In this document: positions 57,480 to 64,000 of the stretch, piece by piece
Layout: every line of letters begins with the position of its first letter
Position numbering within the stretch: position 1 is the stretch's first letter
Assembly (NCBI GenBank): GCA_050290185.1
Contig: JBNKHE010000010.1
Span: 1 to 64,000, forward strand
Origin: Pontiella sp.
GTDB taxonomy: Bacteria; Verrucomicrobiota; Kiritimatiellia; Kiritimatiellales; Pontiellaceae
Length of the DNA stretch: 64,000 nt
Reading direction: 5' to 3'
Made by a program: the position numbers and the translations under genes
The notes under the pieces: model-generated
Seen by the model: the letters and a program-made list of their open reading frames with translations, nothing else
The model's database searches: none
What the model was told of the DNA's origin: nothing

Positions 57480-60077
57480 ATGATTAAAAGATATATGCTC
57501 TCCCTGATTGCGATCGCAACCGCTATGGGAACCTATGCGGCCGGTCCGGCCGGTTACCTGTTCGTCACCTTTGGCGGCCAGCCCAACGAACTTAACGAAC
57601 AGATCTATTTTTCGACCAGCCGCGACGGACGCGAGTGGACTCTGCTGAATAACGGGGATCCCGTGCTCGTTTCCGACATTGGCACGAAAGGCGTGCGCGA
57701 TCCCTATCTGCTGCGTTCCCACGACGGCAGAAAATTCTATATCATTGCCACCGACCTCTCGACGCACTATCTCCATAACTGGGGCCGCGCTGTGCGCGAA
57801 GGCAGCCATTCCCTAGTGATCTGGGAGTCGAGCGATCTGGTAAACTGGTCCGAGCCGCGCCTGGTTGACGTCGCTCCCGATGACGCCGGCTGCACCTGGG
57901 CACCCGAGGCAATCTACGACGAGGAAAACGGCGACTACCTCGTCTTCTGGGCCTCCACCACCGCGCGCGACGGCTTCCGGAAACAACGCATCTGGGCCGC
58001 CCGCACCAAGGACTTCAAGACCTTTGGCGAACCTTTCATCTACATCGAGAAACCCAACGCAGTCATCGATACCACCATCGTCCGCGACGGCAAGGCCTAC
58101 TACCGCTTTACCAAGGACGAGCGGCATAAGTCCATCTTCATGGAAACGGCCCCGCGCCTCTCCGGTCCCTGGACCGACGTCCCCGGCTACAACCTCGGCA
58201 AGCTTACCGGCTACGAAGGGCCGGAGATCTATCAACTTGAAGCCGCGCGTCCCGGCAAGCCTTCCGTCTGGGGCCTCATTTTCGACAACTACGGAGACCG
58301 GGGCTATGTCCCCTGGATCACAACCAATCTAGCCGAGGGTAAATTCCAGCCTGCCGAGGGCTTCAGCTTCCCCTTCAAGTTCCGGCACGGCTTCGTTCTT
58401 CCCCTGACGGCCAAGGAATACAAGACCATCATGGCCCGCTGGCCCGGCAACCCCGTCGTGAGCCTCTCTCCCTACGGACAGCCGGAACGTACCGTCCGCC
58501 ATGGCCGCTTCCATCTGCGGCTCGACGAAAACGTCAGCCCCGCCGAGGACGGTCGCTGGCTTCTCGCCTCCGGCCTCGACGGCGGCAGCGACACCGTCTC
58601 CTTCCGCTCGGCCAACTTTCCCGACCACTACATCAACCCGGCCGCCGAAGGCATCAATGTCCTGCCCAACGACGGTACGCGCGACTTCGCCGAGCAGACC
58701 AGTTTTGTCCGCGTGCCTGGTCTGGCTTCCAAGGAAGGGGTTTCGTTTCGCCTCAAAGCCGAACCCGACCATTATCTCAAGGCCGGGCCTTCCGGCGTGA
58801 CCATCGGTCCGGTCTCCACCAGCGCCGACCGCGAGTCCGCCACCTTCAAGCTGTCCACCGGCGAAAAACAGCAGGCGGGGCAGGGCGATCAACCGCCGGC
58901 CCTCGTACCGACCGCTGAGGAAGCCCGGCCGATCAACGTCGAGGCCTCTTCCGACGCCGTCGTTGTGCCGGTCCAGGGCAATACCGACCTGCGCGCCTTC
59001 GACCCGCTCTTCGCGCCCATACCCAATTGCGAGGTCGCGCCCATAGGCCCGCAAAACTTCTCAGCCGGGCCCGTGTCCTACACACTCACGCCCGCCGACG
59101 GCAGCCCTGTCAAAAAAATCAACGTTTCCGTCGTAGCGCGCAACAATCCGGTCATCCCCGGCTACTTCGCCGATCCTGACATTATCTATTCGCAGAAGAA
59201 CAAACGCTTCTATCTCTATCCCACCACCGACGGCGTCACCGACTGGAACGGTTCGGTCTTCCACACCTTCTCCTCCGGAAACCTGGTGGACTGGAAGGAT
59301 GAAGGCGTGATCCTTGATCTCGGCCCCGACGTTTCCTGGGCCAACCGCCGCGCCTGGGCTCCCTGCATCATCGAAAAGAAGGTCAGAAACGAGTACCGCT
59401 ATTTTTATTACTTTTGCGGCGAACAAAAAATCGGTGTGGCCGTCGCCTCCGACCCCGCCGGTCCCTTCAAGGACAGCGGTCGACCCATGATCGATAAGCT
59501 CCCGGCTGGCGTTCGCTGGGGCCAGCAAATCGATCCCGCCGTCTTCCGGGATCCGAAGTCCGGCAAGTATTACCTGTACTGGGGCAACAATTACCTCGCC
59601 GTTGCCGAGCTTTCTGACGATATGCTCTCGATCAAGGAGGACACGATCAAAATCATGACTCCCGACAAAACCTTCCGCGAGGGCATCACCGTCTTCTTTC
59701 GCAAAGGCCGTTACTACTTCCTCTGGTCGGAAGACGACACCCGCAGCCCCAACTACCGCGTGCGCTATGCGGTTTCCAAGTCGCCGACGGGCCCGTTGAC
59801 GATTCCCGAAAACAATATCGTGATCGAAAAGAAGCCCGAGGACGGCATCCACGCCACCGGCCATAACTCGACGATCCAGATTCCCGGCCGTGACGAATGG
59901 TATATCGTCTATCACCGCTTCAACTATCCTAAGGGCATCGATATGGGCCGCGAAGCCGGCTACCATCGCGAGGTCTGCATCGACAAAATGGAGTTTGATG
60001 CAGACGGCCACATTATTCAGGTAACGCCCACCCACAAGGGCATTGAGCCGGTCGAACTGAGGGGTTCGTCGCATTAA
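57480..60077 (+). CDS. Bifunctional GH43 + AbfB (CBM42) + GH43 glycoside hydrolase
   Basis: N-terminal GH43-like domain paralogous to the 46761 gene; AbfB motifs GL.....VSFRS.NFP.HY and F....GLA...VSF; second GH43 with ADP, WAP, IDP, EG and TGHNS. Confidence 0.88.
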   Translation: MIKRYMLSLIAIATAMGTYAAGPAGYLFVTFGGQPNELNEQIYFSTSRDGREWTLLNNGDPVLVSDIGTKGVRDPYLLRSHDGRKFYIIATDLSTHYLHNWGRAVREGSHSLVIWESSDLVNWSEPRLVDVAPDDAGCTWAPEAIYDEENGDYLVFWASTTARDGFRKQRIWAARTKDFKTFGEPFIYIEKPNAVIDTTIVRDGKAYYRFTKDERHKSIFMETAPRLSGPWTDVPGYNLGKLTGYEGPEIYQLEAARPGKPSVWGLIFDNYGDRGYVPWITTNLAEGKFQPAEGFSFPFKFRHGFVLPLTAKEYKTIMARWPGNPVVSLSPYGQPERTVRHGRFHLRLDENVSPAEDGRWLLASGLDGGSDTVSFRSANFPDHYINPAAEGINVLPNDGTRDFAEQTSFVRVPGLASKEGVSFRLKAEPDHYLKAGPSGVTIGPVSTSADRESATFKLSTGEKQQAGQGDQPPALVPTAEEARPINVEASSDAVVVPVQGNTDLRAFDPLFAPIPNCEVAPIGPQNFSAGPVSYTLTPADGSPVKKINVSVVARNNPVIPGYFADPDIIYSQKNKRFYLYPTTDGVTDWNGSVFHTFSSGNLVDWKDEGVILDLGPDVSWANRRAWAPCIIEKKVRNEYRYFYYFCGEQKIGVAVASDPAGPFKDSGRPMIDKLPAGVRWGQQIDPAVFRDPKSGKYYLYWGNNYLAVAELSDDMLSIKEDTIKIMTPDKTFREGITVFFRKGRYYFLWSEDDTRSPNYRVRYAVSKSPTGPLTIPENNIVIEKKPEDGIHATGHNSTIQIPGRDEWYIVYHRFNYPKGIDMGREAGYHREVCIDKMEFDADGHIIQVTPTHKGIEPVELRGSSH

Positions 60078-60094
60078 AAAAAGAGGAATGAACA

Positions 60095-63000
60095 ATGAAG
60101 ATAAAAATTAATTCGTGGGCCGTCGTTGCCGCATCGGGTTTTTTGGCCATGGGGGCTGGCGCCGCCGGCAAGACGACGATCGAGATTGATCTGCAAAAGG
60201 GCAAGGCCATCAGCCCCGATCTCGTCGGCATCTTTTACGAGGATCTCAGCCATGCCGCCGACGGCGGACTCTATGCCGAGCTCGTCCAGAACCGCGACTT
60301 TGAATACTCCGCTGCCGATAAACCCGAATGGAACGCGCTGACTACCTGGGAACTCGTCGAACGCGACGGGGGCCGGGGCTCGCTCGACGCGGAATCGGCC
60401 TCGCCGCTCAATGCCAACACGCCGAACTACGCCGTGCTCGCCATCGATTCGTCCTCTGGCCAGGTCGGTCTCAGGAACGAAGGTTTCGACGGCATTCCCG
60501 TCAAGGCCGGCGAACACTACGACTTTTCGGTCTTCGCCCGGCGTATTTCCGGAAACCTCGGCCCGATCACGGTTCGCATCGAAAGCAAGGCGGGCGACCT
60601 CCTCGGCGAAGCCGTCCTGCCTAAGCCGAATGGATCGTGGAAGAAGTACACCGCGAGCATCGACGTCAAGACCACTGATGACGACGCCCGCCTTATCGTC
60701 TTGAGTTCCGGGCGTGGAAAACTTGCCCTCGACTTCATTTCCCTCTTCCCGGGAAAAACCTTCCACAACCGGCCCAACGGCCTCCGCGCCGATCTCGCCC
60801 AGGTCATTGCCGACCTCAAGCCGAAGTTCATGCGCTTCCCCGGCGGCTGCCTTGTTCACGGCGACGGCATCGACAACATCTATCATTGGAAAGACACGAT
60901 CGGTCCCGTCGAGCAGCGCAAAGGCCAGCCCAACATCTGGCGCTATCACCAGACCGTCGGCCTCGGCTACTTCGAGTATTTCCAGTTCTGCGAGGACATC
61001 GGTGCCAAGCCCGTCCCCGTCGTTGCCGCAGGCGTGTGCTGCCAGAACTCCAACTTTCTCGTCACCCGTAAATACGGCGTCGGCCAGGAAGGCATCCCGA
61101 TGGATGAGATGCCCGCCTACGTGCAGGACGTGCTCGACCTCATCGAATACGCCAACGGCCCCGTCGACTCCGAATGGGGTTCCAAGCGTGCCGCGGCAGG
61201 CCACCCCGAGCCCTTCGGCCTGGAATACCTCGGCGTCGGCAACGAAGACCACATCACCCCGGTCTTCAAAGAACGCTTTGAGATGATCTACAACGCCGTG
61301 AAGGCGAAGCATCCCGAAATCACCGTCATTGGCACCGTCGGCCCCAATACCGATGGCTGGGACTATGATGAGGGCTGGAAAATCGCCAACGAACTCAACC
61401 TGCCCATGGTCGACGAGCACGGCTACAAGTCGCCGCAGTGGCTCTGGGAAAACATCGAGCGCTACGACGCCTACGACCGCAGTAAGTCCAAGGTCTACCT
61501 CGGCGAATGGGCCGCCTTCGACGCTGGCCGCCGCAGCACCCTGCGCGCCGCGATTGCCGAGGCCGCCTATCTCACCGGGCTCGAACGCAACGCCGACATC
61601 GTGCACTTCGCCTCCTACGCTCCGATGCTCGCCAAACGCGACAATACCCACTGGAGTCCCGATCTCATCTACTTCAGCAACACCGAGGTGTTCCCGACCA
61701 TCAGCTACCATGTGCAGCAGTTGTTCAGTGTGAACAACGGCGACACCTATTGCTCGACAACCGTCACGCCGCCGACTGATGCCAACGGCCGGCGTACACT
61801 TGTTCTGGGTACTTGGAACACCCAGGCCGAGTTCGACGACATCCGCCTTACCCGTGGATCGAAAACCCTGCTCACCGAAAGCTTCAGCTCCGGCACCTCG
61901 GATTGGAAGGCCGCCTCCGGCGAGTGGCAACGCAGGGGAGGGCGCTACACCCAGGGGTCGTCGCACCAACCCGCGGTCAGCCGCCTCGAAGTTCCGCTCG
62001 ACGGTTCCGTCTACACGCTCACTCTCAAGGCCCGCAAAACCGGCGGCGCCGAAGGCCTACTCGTCGGCGTCGGCACAACCCCCGACAACTATTACTGGTG
62101 GAACCTCGGAGGCTGGGGCAACTCCCGGCACGGCGTCGAACGGAGCGTCTCCGGTGCCCGCAGTCTCGTCGGAGGAAACGTCCCCGGTCACATCGAGTCC
62201 AACCGCTGGTATGACATTAAGATCGAGTCCGATGGACAGCGCGTCCGCTTCTATCTCGACGGCGAGCTGATTCACGACATCCCCGGGACGCTGGAGTCCA
62301 CGCCCAAGACCTTTGTCGCCTCCTGCGTGAAGGATTCGGTCAGCGGCGACATCATCGTCAAGCTCGTTAACGGCGCCAACACCTACACGCCCGTCCGCGT
62401 TAAGCTTGCCGGCGTGAAAGGACTACCCGCCACCGCCGAGGCCACCGTCCTCGCCGGCGCCAATCCAGAGATGGCCAACGATTATGACAACCCCGACAGC
62501 GTGCTTCCCCATACCGTGTCGCTACCCATCGCGACGGCCTTCAATTACGAAGCCCCGCCCAACTCGCTCACCGTCATCCGCATCGCCCCCGGCAAGGGCC
62601 CGGACGTTTCGGTCCGCGCGGAAAATGACCCGCTGCAGTGGATGAATCCCATCGTGCTGAACCGCGCCGATCCGCACGTCTATCTGCACACCGACGGCTA
62701 CTACTACATGACCGCGTCGCATCCGCAATACGACCGTGTCGAGCTGCGCCGCGCCCGCACCCTCGGCGGCCTTTCCACCGCCGAGCCCAAGGTCATCTGG
62801 CGCAAGAATGAAAGCGGCCCCATGAGCAAGCACTTCTGGGCTCCGGAAATCCATTTCCTCGATGGAAAGTGGTATGCCTACTTCACCGCCGCCCGCATGG
62901 AATCGCAGTGGGACCTGCGCCTGTACGTCCTCGAAAACGACTCCGCCAACCCGCTGGAAGGCGAGTGGACCCTGAAGCCCCGCATCGTCCTGCCCACCGA

Positions 63001-63580
63001 TGTCCCATCGCTCGACGCAACTGTCTTTGAGAACCGCGGTGTGCGCTACCTCGTGTGGTCGCAGCGCCCGCCCGGAGCACCTGGCAGCGAGACCTTCATC
63101 GCGAAGATGGATACCCCCTGGTCGGTCATCGGCGACCAGATCTGCCTGAGCAGGGCGACGCTGCCGTGGGAGCTTCGCCAGCACCATGTCCAGGAAGGCC
63201 AGGCCGTGCTCATCCGCAACGGCCGCGTTTTCATGACCTATTCGACCAATTCCACCGACTACAAATACTGCATGGGCCTGCTCACCGCCGATGCCGACGC
63301 CGACCTGCTCGATCCGAAGTCTTGGACGAAGTCGCCCGAACCGGTCCTCGAAACCGATCAGGATGCCGGACAATGGGGCCCCGGCCACAACTGCTTCACC
63401 ACCACGCCGGATGGCAAGACCGACATTCTCGTGTACCATGCCCGCAACTACAAATACGACGGCAACGATCCGCTGAACACCGGCGACCGCGCCACCCGCG
63501 CCCAGATCGTCCGCTGGCGGTCCGATGGTACCCCCGACTTCGGTACGCCCGTTCCCAATGGGCTCTACGCCGCCCGTTGA
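60095..63580 (+). CDS. Alpha-L-arabinofuranosidase GH51 with inserted lectin-like domain, fused to a C-terminal GH43
   Basis: GIFYED..HAADGGLYAELVQNR.FE, RFPGGC, GVGNE, VDEH.Y, GEWA and YAPML; GH43 motifs RADP, WAPE.H, LDAT, EG and GPGHN.F. Confidence 0.9.
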   Translation: MKIKINSWAVVAASGFLAMGAGAAGKTTIEIDLQKGKAISPDLVGIFYEDLSHAADGGLYAELVQNRDFEYSAADKPEWNALTTWELVERDGGRGSLDAESASPLNANTPNYAVLAIDSSSGQVGLRNEGFDGIPVKAGEHYDFSVFARRISGNLGPITVRIESKAGDLLGEAVLPKPNGSWKKYTASIDVKTTDDDARLIVLSSGRGKLALDFISLFPGKTFHNRPNGLRADLAQVIADLKPKFMRFPGGCLVHGDGIDNIYHWKDTIGPVEQRKGQPNIWRYHQTVGLGYFEYFQFCEDIGAKPVPVVAAGVCCQNSNFLVTRKYGVGQEGIPMDEMPAYVQDVLDLIEYANGPVDSEWGSKRAAAGHPEPFGLEYLGVGNEDHITPVFKERFEMIYNAVKAKHPEITVIGTVGPNTDGWDYDEGWKIANELNLPMVDEHGYKSPQWLWENIERYDAYDRSKSKVYLGEWAAFDAGRRSTLRAAIAEAAYLTGLERNADIVHFASYAPMLAKRDNTHWSPDLIYFSNTEVFPTISYHVQQLFSVNNGDTYCSTTVTPPTDANGRRTLVLGTWNTQAEFDDIRLTRGSKTLLTESFSSGTSDWKAASGEWQRRGGRYTQGSSHQPAVSRLEVPLDGSVYTLTLKARKTGGAEGLLVGVGTTPDNYYWWNLGGWGNSRHGVERSVSGARSLVGGNVPGHIESNRWYDIKIESDGQRVRFYLDGELIHDIPGTLESTPKTFVASCVKDSVSGDIIVKLVNGANTYTPVRVKLAGVKGLPATAEATVLAGANPEMANDYDNPDSVLPHTVSLPIATAFNYEAPPNSLTVIRIAPGKGPDVSVRAENDPLQWMNPIVLNRADPHVYLHTDGYYYMTASHPQYDRVELRRARTLGGLSTAEPKVIWRKNESGPMSKHFWAPEIHFLDGKWYAYFTAARMESQWDLRLYVLENDSANPLEGEWTLKPRIVLPTDVPSLDATVFENRGVRYLVWSQRPPGAPGSETFIAKMDTPWSVIGDQICLSRATLPWELRQHHVQEGQAVLIRNGRVFMTYSTNSTDYKYCMGLLTADADADLLDPKSWTKSPEPVLETDQDAGQWGPGHNCFTTTPDGKTDILVYHARNYKYDGNDPLNTGDRATRAQIVRWRSDGTPDFGTPVPNGLYAAR

Positions 63581-63618
63581 TCCCTATATGCCCTTAAAGC
63601 CTGACTGGAACATAGCCC

Positions 63619-64000
63619 ATGCAACTAAAAAAAATCTTCCAAGCCTTCTTGATTCTCTCGGCCCTCTTGACCGGTTCGGTCTTCGCCGCTCCGTCTGCGT
63701 CCGAGCCGACGAGCGCGTATCTTTTTGTCCACTTCATCGGTGAGTCCGAAAAGGGTGAACAGATCTACTTTTCCGTGAGCGAGGACGGTTTTCACTGGAA
63801 AGACCTGAACGACTCCACGCCCGTCCTCTTCTCCACGCTCGGCGAAAAGGGCGTGCGCGATCCCTCGATCATCCGTTCGCACGACGGGAAAAAGTTCTAC
63901 ATCCTCGCCACCGATCTCCGTATCGCGAATGGCAAGGGCTGGGACGACGCCCGCTTCGGCAAAAAAACGTCGCTCGTCATCTGGGAATCCACCGACCTGG
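63619..64000 (+). CDS. GH43-like glycoside hydrolase, 3'-truncated by the window edge
   Basis: Translated by hand: MQLKKIFQAFLILSALLTGSVFA..AYLFVHF.GE...GEQIYFSVSEDG...GEKGVRDPSIIRSHDGKKFYILATDL. Paralog of the 46761 and 57480 genes. Confidence 0.85.
   Translation, partial: MQLKKIFQAFLILSALLTGSVFAAPSASEPTSAYLFVHFIGESEKGEQIYFSVSEDGFHWKDLNDSTPVLFSTLGEKGVRDPSIIRSHDGKKFYILATDLRIANGKGWDDARFGKKTSLVIWESTDL

Noticed and set aside
1..64000. tRNA, rRNA, transposase, integrase or prophage genes
   Set aside because: No such motifs were recognised by eye; a tRNAscan, Rfam or ISEScan run would be needed to exclude them formally.

Overview
GC-rich bacterial DNA, most consistent with a PVC-superphylum organism (Kiritimatiellota/Pontiella-like). 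This is inferred from the PEP-CTERM gene ending IPEPATLG..FIRRRLMM, secreted proteins with C-terminal FYR-type tails, Verrucomicrobia-type LacI regulators and a PA14-like protein. The two flanks are polysaccharide-degradation clusters: 1-8.6 kb (GH97, GH29, CE4, GH2, sialate O-acetylesterase) and 28.9-64 kb (GH43 family many times, GH35, GH97, GH51, a lyase-like SLH protein, a tandem LacI-LacI regulator). Between them (about 8.6-28.9 kb) is an accessory region where single genes or gene pairs are separated by several families of recurring non-coding repeats. Its AT-rich core (about 11.8-17.9 kb) holds the most interesting biology. (i) A non-canonical bacterial ubiquitin-like conjugation operon: a Ubl ending in ..GPVTVS with no terminal Gly, an E2 with a WSR motif, and a JAB-E1 fusion lacking an obvious catalytic Cys. 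It sits with a divergent XRE regulator, a papain-fold (Cys-His-Asp) peptidase and an unannotated 54-aa ORF. (ii) A promoterless two-gene unit (YfjP/YeeP-like GTPase plus a zinc-ribbon/CFI-box protein) bounded by an attC-like hairpin and an attI-like site, i.e. an integron-type cassette with no integrase in view. No rRNA, tRNA, CRISPR array, transposase or integrase was recognised. All family calls come from motif recognition by eye; no database search was run.
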